This document shows, piece after piece, positions 56,806-64,000 of a stretch of 64,000 bases of DNA; the stretch's first letter is position 1, and each line of letters begins with the position of its first letter. This stretch comes from an uncultured Bacteroidales bacterium (lineage in GTDB: Bacteria; Bacteroidota; Bacteroidia; Bacteroidales; UBA4417): positions 21,376 through 85,375 of the forward strand of contig CAIRMR010000154.1 of NCBI GenBank assembly GCA_903879715.1. The letters run 5' to 3'. Below the pieces are notes generated by a model that saw only the letters and a list, made by a program, of their open reading frames with translations, was not told where the DNA came from and did not search any database. Made by a program: the position numbers and the translations under genes.

Positions 56806-58488
56806 ATGAAAAATATAAAATATATAGTTCTGGTAATCTTCCTAGTAACCATAGGATTCCAGGGATGCAACAAAGATGAGTTTCTCCGCGAAAACCCCAA
56901 GGATAAAATCTATGCTGAAAATTTGTTTCAGGATTATGATGGTTTCGTTAATATGATGAACGGAATATATGCCTGGGTGAGAGCTGAAAAAGGTCGCACC
57001 TATGCTCCTGGCGATAATCCTGCCTCTGGCGGTATCCCGTTTACCCGCTGTTCAATCTGGAATCTCGGTGTTGACAATGGCTTTATGAATAATGGCGTAG
57101 GTGAAGAAATTTTTCTCAACTGGCCTACCAATATTAATACGGAAATGGCTGTATTTAAAAATGACTTTGAGTGGCTGTACCTGATAGTGAACTCCTGTAA
57201 CATGGTTATTTCCCGTGCCGAAAACGCCGATGTGAACTGGAAAGGAGTAAACGCAGAAAACAATGAGCAAAAAAAGAATTACATCATTGCACAGGCAAGA
57301 GTAATACGTGCCTGGGCTTACCGCCACTTAACCTATACATGGGGTGATGTTCCGCTCAGTTTACTTGAAGTTAACGGCGAAACATACAGGAACGACTGGG
57401 AAAGAACACCGGTTGCCGAAATCAGGGCGCAGATGGTTCTCGATTTACAATTTGGCGTTGATCATTTGCCCATCCGTGACGCAAACCAGGCTGTTGTAAG
57501 CGGGGCATTTGCCAGCCATTATTTAGCCGAAACTTACCTCGCAATGGGCGAATTTATACAGGCCGAAACTGTAGCACGCAAATTATGCGAAGGTGCTGAT
57601 TTTCAATTGATGACTCAACGTTTTGGTGTAAATGCCAGCAAGCCGGGTGTTGCTTTTATGGATGTTTTTATGAATCCTTTCTATAAAGATGGGAACAAAG
57701 AGGCTTTGTTTATCCTCTTAAATGTAGAGCCTGAAAAAGTTTCATACGGATCGCAGCCAGCCAGTTATATGCGGAATATGTGGCAAACCTATTACAGCAA
57801 GGATGATGTAATTAAAAAACTTAACCTGGATGTGTTTCACACATACAATGGAGGAAAAGGTGCAGGAAGATATTCTATCACTGCACCGGCGCTTTCGTGG
57901 TACGAGGCAACAGATGACCGGTTTTCAGAATACGCCATCAAGAAAACACTTGTTATGCCGGATGCAGCGGGCGTTTTAAAAACAGTACGCACAACCACCA
58001 CCGCACACACAATTACCGAAGGAAAATATGACCTTGATCATTATCTCTGGCCATCCACACGTAAATGGGAATGGGTAAATCCACTGCCTGCACAGGCAAG
58101 CAGTTCGGATCAATTCAATAGCATAATATATTTGAGATTGGCTGACACATACCTGGTTCTTGCCGAAGCGCTGTTCATGCAAGGAAGACTAGGCGATGCT
58201 GCAACCTGGATTAATAAAGTGAGGGAGCGGTCACATGCTACACCAATTACAGCAGCTGATGTTACCATTGATTTCATTCTGGATGAACGCTCACGGGAAT
58301 TAATAACCGAAGAACACCGCCGACACGCACTTATACGCACGGGCAGATTAGTACAAAGGGTTCAATGGTACAACGATTTTGCAGGACCAACCATTGCCAA
58401 TGCACCAGCCTTATTCCCGATACCACAATCCGTAATTGATGCAAACACAGGGCGTAAAATGATTCAAAATCCGGGTTATAATGAATAA
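56806..58488 (+). CDS. SusD/RagB-family nutrient-binding outer membrane lipoprotein
   Basis: 560 aa with a lipobox (GFQGCNKD) and TPR-like SusD motifs (RAWAYRHLTYTWGDVPL, ERSRELITEEHRRHALIR). Confidence 0.95.
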   Translation: MKNIKYIVLVIFLVTIGFQGCNKDEFLRENPKDKIYAENLFQDYDGFVNMMNGIYAWVRAEKGRTYAPGDNPASGGIPFTRCSIWNLGVDNGFMNNGVGEEIFLNWPTNINTEMAVFKNDFEWLYLIVNSCNMVISRAENADVNWKGVNAENNEQKKNYIIAQARVIRAWAYRHLTYTWGDVPLSLLEVNGETYRNDWERTPVAEIRAQMVLDLQFGVDHLPIRDANQAVVSGAFASHYLAETYLAMGEFIQAETVARKLCEGADFQLMTQRFGVNASKPGVAFMDVFMNPFYKDGNKEALFILLNVEPEKVSYGSQPASYMRNMWQTYYSKDDVIKKLNLDVFHTYNGGKGAGRYSITAPALSWYEATDDRFSEYAIKKTLVMPDAAGVLKTVRTTTTAHTITEGKYDLDHYLWPSTRKWEWVNPLPAQASSSDQFNSIIYLRLADTYLVLAEALFMQGRLGDAATWINKVRERSHATPITAADVTIDFILDERSRELITEEHRRHALIRTGRLVQRVQWYNDFAGPTIANAPALFPIPQSVIDANTGRKMIQNPGYNE

Positions 58489-58491
58489 ATT

Positions 58492-59784
58492 ATGTTGAAA
58501 ATATTTAAAGGGCTATACGTTCAGGTTATTATTGCAATTGTCCTTGGCATATTGCTCGGATACCTGTATCCATCCTTTGCCGTTCAGTTAAAACCTTTAG
58601 GCGACGGGTTTATCAAGTTGGTTAAAATGATGATTGGCCCGGTAATATTCTGTACAATTGTTACAGGCATTGCCGGGATGCAGGACACAAAAAAAGTAGG
58701 GCGAGTAGGTGTTAAAGCTTTGATTTATTTTGAAATAGTATCAACTCTGGCTTTGATAATCGGGTTATTTGTAATTAATATTCTGAAACCCGGGGTAGGG
58801 ATGAATGTTGACCCGTCAACCCTGGATATCAAATCGGTGGAAACTTACCTTACACAAAGCAAAAGCTATACTGTACAGGAATTTTTCATGCATATCATCC
58901 CCGAAAATATTATCAATGCATTGTCGAATGGTGATTTGCTACAGATATTGTTTTTTTCAGTCCTTTTCGGGTTTGCTCTGTCAAAAATCGGGGATAAAGC
59001 AAAGCCACTTTTCAATGTAATAAAGTCTTTTGAAACAGCTCTTTTTGCGGTTATAAAAATCATAATGAGGGTTGCGCCTCTCGGGGCTTTAGGAGCTATG
59101 AGTTTTACTATTGGAAAATATGGACTAAGTTCACTGGCTTCACTAGGCCAATTGATGATTTCCTTTTACATAACCTGTATCTTGTTTATTCTTTTCATTC
59201 TGGGAGGTATTTTGAAATTCAGCGGGTTTAGTCTATTCATGTTATTGAAATACATCAAAGAAGAGTTGCTGATCGTTTTGGGAACCTCCTCTTCCGAAGC
59301 AGCCTTACCGACTTTAATGAAGAAACTGGAAAATGCCGGTTGTTCTGAATCAGTTGTTGGCCTGGTAGTTCCCACTGGCTATTCTTTCAATTTAGACGGC
59401 ACATCAATTTATCTTACAATGGCCGCTGTATTTCTGGCACAAGCAACAAATACACACATGGATATTTCGCACCAGCTAACTTTGCTGCTGGTTTTATTGC
59501 TTACATCCAAAGGTGCAGCCGGAGTTACCGGAAGCGGATTTATTACGCTGGCGGCAGTATTACCGCTATCCGGAGGTATACCTGTGGCAGCCATAGCCTT
59601 GATTTTGGGCATCGATCGTTTTATGAGCGAAGGAAGAGCCATAACCAATATCATTGGCAATGCTGTCGCTACCATTGTTGTTGCTAAATCGGAAAACGAA
59701 ATTGATATGGAAAAAGCTTGTGTGTTAACCACAGGTATCAGTAAAAAATATCGCTTCAGTTTTTCTTTTTTGAAGAAAACTTAA
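58492..59784 (+). CDS. dctA: Dicarboxylate/amino acid:cation symporter (DctA-like)
   Basis: 430 aa. [31 protein letters not shown] is nearly identical to the E. coli DctA N-terminal motif as I recall it. Confidence 0.85.
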   Translation: MLKIFKGLYVQVIIAIVLGILLGYLYPSFAVQLKPLGDGFIKLVKMMIGPVIFCTIVTGIAGMQDTKKVGRVGVKALIYFEIVSTLALIIGLFVINILKPGVGMNVDPSTLDIKSVETYLTQSKSYTVQEFFMHIIPENIINALSNGDLLQILFFSVLFGFALSKIGDKAKPLFNVIKSFETALFAVIKIIMRVAPLGALGAMSFTIGKYGLSSLASLGQLMISFYITCILFILFILGGILKFSGFSLFMLLKYIKEELLIVLGTSSSEAALPTLMKKLENAGCSESVVGLVVPTGYSFNLDGTSIYLTMAAVFLAQATNTHMDISHQLTLLLVLLLTSKGAAGVTGSGFITLAAVLPLSGGIPVAAIALILGIDRFMSEGRAITNIIGNAVATIVVAKSENEIDMEKACVLTTGISKKYRFSFSFLKKT

Positions 59785-59796
59785 TACTAAATTTTT

Positions 59797-60555
59797 ATGA
59801 AATCCTTAAAAATACTTATAGTTCTTCTTATTGCAGTTCAAAGCTTTTCAGCCTGCAAAAAAGATCCTGTTTCGCACCCCTTGATTCCACCTGTTTTTGA
59901 AAAAACAGACTATAAAGTTCTCTTTGTTGGCAACAGCTATACCTATTACAACGATGGTGTAGATTATCATCTTCAACAAATGCTAAAAGCTGATTCATCA
60001 TCCGATTCCATTAACTATGATATCCAAAAAATAGCTATAGGATCCTATACCCTGGAAGCTCATTACGCTGATCCGTTAACAATAACTAGAATAAAAAGCG
60101 AAAAGTGGAATACTGTCGTTTTACAGGAACAAAGTACCCGTCCGATTAATAATCCTGAATTGTTTATAGAATATGCCAGATACCTGGATGCTGAAATAAA
60201 GAAGGTAAACGCTAAAACAGTACTTTACATGACCTGGCCAAATAAAGATACTCCTTCCGACATGGATAGTTTGGCTGCTTGCTACCAGTTAGTTGGCCGA
60301 CAACTCAATGCTCCGGTTGCTCCGGTGGGTAAAGTCAGGGAGTATATTCAAAATACGTATCCGCAGATTGAACTTTATATTTCGGACAACAAGCACCCTA
60401 CATTGTCAGGAACTTATGTTTCGGCATGTGTTTTTTATTCTATACTGGCAAAGAAAAACCCAGTCAAAAACACATATGTTCCAAGTGGAATGAGCATAGA
60501 GAATGCGGTAGTAATAAGGAAAGCTGTTAATGATTATCTGATACTGAATCCATAA
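59797..60555 (+). CDS. SGNH/GDSL-like hydrolase-fold lipoprotein (DUF4886-like)
   Basis: 252 aa with a lipobox (SFSACKKD), an N-terminal block (VLFVGNSYTYYN) and a C-terminal DNKHPT motif. The family call is tentative. Confidence 0.5.
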   Translation: MKSLKILIVLLIAVQSFSACKKDPVSHPLIPPVFEKTDYKVLFVGNSYTYYNDGVDYHLQQMLKADSSSDSINYDIQKIAIGSYTLEAHYADPLTITRIKSEKWNTVVLQEQSTRPINNPELFIEYARYLDAEIKKVNAKTVLYMTWPNKDTPSDMDSLAACYQLVGRQLNAPVAPVGKVREYIQNTYPQIELYISDNKHPTLSGTYVSACVFYSILAKKNPVKNTYVPSGMSIENAVVIRKAVNDYLILNP

Positions 60556-60704
60556 AATAAACATAAAACCAGGAAAGAAAGGAGACTTAATTATGGTAAA
60601 ATAAATACGATGAAGAACAAACTAAAACGGGCATCATATTCATGAAGCAGATGCTTGCATTATCACAAAAAATCTAATCATATTCATTCAAAAACCTCAA
60701 CAAA

Positions 60705-61709
60705 ATGAAAAAGACATATTTAATACTCTTATTATTTGTAAGCAGTTTTGCATTCGCACAAACCCCTCTGTTAATTGAAGATTTTAATTACCCTGCTGGT
60801 GATTTGTTAACAAAACATGGTTGGTTAGCACATAGTGGCACAGCAGCTCCGGTTGCAGTTACCACCTCAGGTTTAGCATTTCCCGGTTATGTTGGCTCAG
60901 ATATTGGACTTTCTGCTGGAATTTTAGCTACAGGGCAGGATGTTAATACACAATTTACAGAGCAAACATCGGGTTCGGTTTACACTTCATTTTTAGTAAA
61001 TGCTGCTGCAAACACCGGCATAGGTAGTTATTTTTTCCATTATTTTGATCCTAATGCAAGTACTGCATTTAGGGCCAGAACATTTATTAGACCCTACACG
61101 GGAAAGATGGTGGTGGGCCTTTCTTTTAATGCCAGTAACTGCCAGGATAGTTCACTTACTAAACTGCTTAATTTCGGTGAGACCTACCTGTTTGTAGTAA
61201 AATATACGATAGTATCTGGGACAGAAAATGATAAAGTAAGTTTATATGTATTTAAATCGGGCGACGATTTTACTAACGAACCCGCAACTCCATTCTATGG
61301 ACCGTTATCTGCAACGCTGACCACAACTACTCCTATTGTCTTAGGCCCCGATATTAGAATTATGGGTATTGCATTTCGTCAGTTTGAGGCTGGCCAGGGG
61401 ATTACAGTTGATGGTTTGAGGGTTAAAACAAACTGGGATCTGACAACTGATATTACAACAAGTTTAAATGATTACGCTAAAAAACAAATTGGATTTTATC
61501 CAAATCCTGTTACGGATGGTAGTTTGAACATTAATGCTCCAGTTAACTCAGAAAAACAAATTGAAATATTTGACCTGGTTGGGAAAAGCGTTTTGAACCA
61601 AAATACTTCTTCAAACAAAATTGATGTTAAAAAGTTGAATTCCGGTGTATATATTTTGAAAGTTGTCGCAGATAATAAAACGACAACATCAAAATTAATT
61701 ATACGATAA
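60705..61709 (+). CDS. T9SS C-terminal sorting domain protein of unknown function
   Basis: 334 aa with a signal peptide and a C-terminal domain (FYPNPVTDGSLNI...GVYILKVV). Confidence 0.75.
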   Translation: MKKTYLILLLFVSSFAFAQTPLLIEDFNYPAGDLLTKHGWLAHSGTAAPVAVTTSGLAFPGYVGSDIGLSAGILATGQDVNTQFTEQTSGSVYTSFLVNAAANTGIGSYFFHYFDPNASTAFRARTFIRPYTGKMVVGLSFNASNCQDSSLTKLLNFGETYLFVVKYTIVSGTENDKVSLYVFKSGDDFTNEPATPFYGPLSATLTTTTPIVLGPDIRIMGIAFRQFEAGQGITVDGLRVKTNWDLTTDITTSLNDYAKKQIGFYPNPVTDGSLNINAPVNSEKQIEIFDLVGKSVLNQNTSSNKIDVKKLNSGVYILKVVADNKTTTSKLIIR

Positions 61710-61738
61710 GTAAACGACAACATCCTGCTCCGAAATAC

Positions 61739-61773
61739 AAAAAAGCTTGTTTTTAAATAGAACAAGCTTTTTT
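61739..61773. terminator. Bidirectional intrinsic terminator
   Basis: aaaaaagcttgtt / aacaagctttttt forms a 13-bp stem flanked by A and T tracts, between convergent genes. Confidence 0.8.
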
Positions 61774-61978
61774 ACTGATAAAGAAACTCATTTTTATCCT
61801 CTCCATAGACCAATACCTCTCTAATTTAATACTTGTTCGTATTTCAAAAAACAGCGTAATTATGTTGTTGGTAAGCACCGCCACTCAACTATAGGTTGTA
61901 TGCCGGCTAACTCAGTACCTCACTACCAGGATAAAAGCCAAAAAGTTGAGATATCAAAATACTCCTTACTACCGTATA

Positions 61979-62503
61979 CTATACTCCCTGCTGCGTAAGC
62001 ACTTTATGCGCTTTTCGCTTTTTCACTGTCTTATTCTGATACTTATCCGATAGCACACTTATGCTTCCATCTACTTCCATGATGGCAAGATCGACTTCTG
62101 CAACAGATTTCACACCATGTTCGCGTACCGCTTCCATAAGCTCTTCAATACTGATTTTGGCTTTCTTCATGTGTGATTCAATAATTTTTCCCTGGTAAAC
62201 CAGCATAGTGGCATCGCCCTGAACTACTTTACCGAACTTCGGAAAACGGTATTGCAGATATTTCAGCATGTAATTAACTACGAACAAAGTAGTGGCAGCG
62301 GCCAATCCTCCAAGGAGTGTTGCATCCGGTCCTACCATTGCATTTTGCACAGCATTGCTGATAAGCAGGATAAAAACCAGGTCAACGACTGACAGTTGCG
62401 CCAGTTCCTTTTTGCCAAACAGTCGGATTGCAATTACAATAAACAGATAAACCGCGAGCGTACTGCTTATAATACGAATATAGTTATTGGTAAGTAGTTC
62501 CAT
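61979..62503 (-). CDS. DUF421 (YetF-like) membrane protein
   Basis: 174 aa. The N-terminal TM region contains LSVVDLVFILLISNAVQNAMVG, typical of DUF421. Confidence 0.75.
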   Translation of the reverse strand: MELLTNNYIRIISSTLAVYLFIVIAIRLFGKKELAQLSVVDLVFILLISNAVQNAMVGPDATLLGGLAAATTLFVVNYMLKYLQYRFPKFGKVVQGDATMLVYQGKIIESHMKKAKISIEELMEAVREHGVKSVAEVDLAIMEVDGSISVLSDKYQNKTVKKRKAHKVLTQQGV

Positions 62504-62632
62504 CTTAAGAAATAAAACTGATTAAGAGTAATTTACAGAACCTGTTATTAGTACTACAAATTTACAAATGATAACTGAGTTAATACAAAAGTAATTATTT
62601 CAATATATTGAGATTAGAGTTCTTTAAAATAG

Positions 62633-62640
62633 TATCTTTG
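62633..62640 (+). promoter_or_regulatory. Candidate -7 box (TAnnTTTG)
   Basis: tatctttg lies 87 nt upstream of the ATG at 62727. Confidence 0.35.
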
Positions 62641-62726
62641 CCGCCCTGTTCTTTGGGCTGAATCTAAGATTATAATTCTGATTTTCCGAATCCAAAGCTC
62701 TCATTTTTTATTTCAAACCCATTTTC

Positions 62727-64000
62727 ATGATTACTAACTTCTCCCGGAGAACTCTCTTAGCAGCTGCACTGCTTCTCATCTCAATCTCACTACAGGCCCA
62801 GATAAAAATCCTGTTCGATGCCACCAAAGCTGAAACAGCCAGCAATGCGGATTGGATAATTGATGCCGATAATAGTTTAAGCGGTGAAGCGAACGCACAG
62901 CGTTTCGCAACACCGGATCAATCATTGGTAACACAATCAACACTTGAAAGTTACTGGAAAGGCGGTATCTCATCCTGGGGAATAGACCTGGTAAAAAAAG
63001 GATATTGGGTCGAAACGCTTCCTATCGGTGGCAAGATTACTTATGGTACTGCAAGCAACGTTCAGGATCTTTCAAACTATAAAGTTTTTGTAGTATGTGA
63101 GCCTAATATTTTGTTCACCGCTGCTGAAAAAACCGCGCTCATGCAGTTTGTCCAAAATGGAGGAGGTTTGTTTATGGTTTCCGACCATGATATTTCTGAC
63201 AGGAATAATGACGGCGCTGATTCGCCGTTTATCTGGAATGATTTTATGAGTACTAATAGTGTAAAGGCAAATCCTTTCGGGATTACCTTTGATTATGAGG
63301 ACATTAGGGAAGGCCTTACCACCAATATCCCCATCCTTCCTAATGACCCTTTGCTGAATGGGGTAATGGGAACTGTAACCCAGGCTGAGTGGTTTAACGG
63401 CACTACAATGACCCTGACTCCCACCAGCAATAGCAGTGTTAAAGGCGTGGTTTACAGACCAGGTTCTGCTTTTGGAAATACAAATGCAATGGTTGCTTAT
63501 GCGACCTATGGGAATGGTAAAGTGGTAGGGGTAGGCGACAGTTCACCCTGTGATGATGGATCCGGTGATACTAATGATAACCTTTACGATGGCTGGGTAA
63601 CGGATGCCAGTGGCAATCACCGCAAGCTTATTATGAATGCAACCATCTGGCTGGCTACTTCAACACTTACAGTAACTCCATCCAATCAAAATGTAATGGT
63701 CTCCGCAGGAAGCACTACTTTCGATGTAATTTCCAATACAAGCTGGACATGTAGCAGCGACGCAAGTTGGTGTGTGGTAACTCCTTCAGGGAATGGGAAC
63801 GGAACAATATCTGCCAGTTACCTTGAAAATACAGCAGCATTAAGCCGAACGGCTACTATATTGGTTTCTGCCATTGGTGCTCCAACGCAAACAATTAAAG
63901 TTGTACAATCAGCATCGTTTGTTTCCATCGAGGAAAACACTCAAAATTCCTACCTGCTATTCCCAAATCCAACATCCGGTGTTTTTAAGATTACCGGTAA
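62727..64000 (+). CDS. Secreted multidomain protein (N-terminal alpha/beta domain, BACON-like domain, start of a T9SS sorting domain), 3' end outside the window
   Basis: This ORF is not in the supplied track because it has no stop in the window. My hand translation is open from the ATG at 62727 to 64000. It has a signal peptide (LLLISISLQAQ), a BACON-like segment (TVTPSNQNVMVSAGSTTFDVISNTSWTCSSDASWCVVTPSGNGNGTISASY...RTATILVS), and a terminal LLFPNPTSGVFKITG. Confidence 0.75.
   Translation, partial: MITNFSRRTLLAAALLLISISLQAQIKILFDATKAETASNADWIIDADNSLSGEANAQRFATPDQSLVTQSTLESYWKGGISSWGIDLVKKGYWVETLPIGGKITYGTASNVQDLSNYKVFVVCEPNILFTAAEKTALMQFVQNGGGLFMVSDHDISDRNNDGADSPFIWNDFMSTNSVKANPFGITFDYEDIREGLTTNIPILPNDPLLNGVMGTVTQAEWFNGTTMTLTPTSNSSVKGVVYRPGSAFGNTNAMVAYATYGNGKVVGVGDSSPCDDGSGDTNDNLYDGWVTDASGNHRKLIMNATIWLATSTLTVTPSNQNVMVSAGSTTFDVISNTSWTCSSDASWCVVTPSGNGNGTISASYLENTAALSRTATILVSAIGAPTQTIKVVQSASFVSIEENTQNSYLLFPNPTSGVFKITG

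Noticed and set aside
1-64000. tRNA, rRNA, tmRNA, RNase P RNA, IS elements, integrases, prophage genes
   Set aside because: I found no T-loop-like GGTTCGAATCC-type sequences, no rRNA-like stretches and no transposase- or integrase-like ORFs when reading both strands. This was a by-eye scan, so small or divergent RNAs could have been missed.

Overview
This is a chromosomal window from a Bacteroidota-type genome. The assignment is inferred from a SusC/SusD pair, three T9SS C-terminal sorting domains, BACON domains, an ECF sigma/FecR/STN-TonB receptor module, and TAnnTTTG -7 promoter boxes in place of Shine-Dalgarno sites. I support about 55 protein genes. By eye I found no rRNA, tRNA, CRISPR array, transposase or integrase.

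Main blocks:
- 1-11 kb: a UbiA prenyltransferase, a DUF4403-like lipoprotein, and an ECF sigma / FecR / OM barrel / TonB receptor / DUF4249 / lipoprotein module.
- 11.2-19.3 kb: a complete histidine operon, hisG-D-C-B-[four-helix-bundle gene]-H-A-F-IE, preceded by a His-rich leader peptide and a terminator.
- 19.7-28.5 kb: a T9SS beta-helix/propeller/BACON protein, a DEAD-box helicase, a ParE-type toxin-antitoxin pair plus a second four-helix-bundle gene, recJ, and an FtsX-type permease.
- 28.8-36 kb: purH, mreBCD, a TlpA-like oxidoreductase and pgeF.
- 36-45 kb: small accessory genes, plsC, an MFS transporter, a tightly coupled TM2-DUF2752-DUF4870-like-M48 operon, and an Lgt-like fusion protein.
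- 45.3-48 kb: an IorA/IorB-type molybdo-oxidoreductase.
- 48-60.6 kb: a MocR regulator divergent from an eight-gene SusC/SusD locus (DcuC, IadA, M14 peptidase, SusC, SusD, DctA, SGNH-like lipoprotein) that has no glycoside hydrolase.
- 60.7-64 kb: T9SS cargo proteins and a DUF421 protein.

The signal least explained by ordinary annotation is a window-wide set of short-period (7-10 nt) degenerate tandem arrays. They usually occur as inverted pairs and sit in intercistronic gaps. One pair brackets a 23S-rRNA-IVS-family four-helix-bundle gene inside the his operon. Another is a 38-unit heptamer array that supplies the last codons and the stop codon of hisD.

All coordinates and counts were derived by hand from the sequence, and no database search was run.
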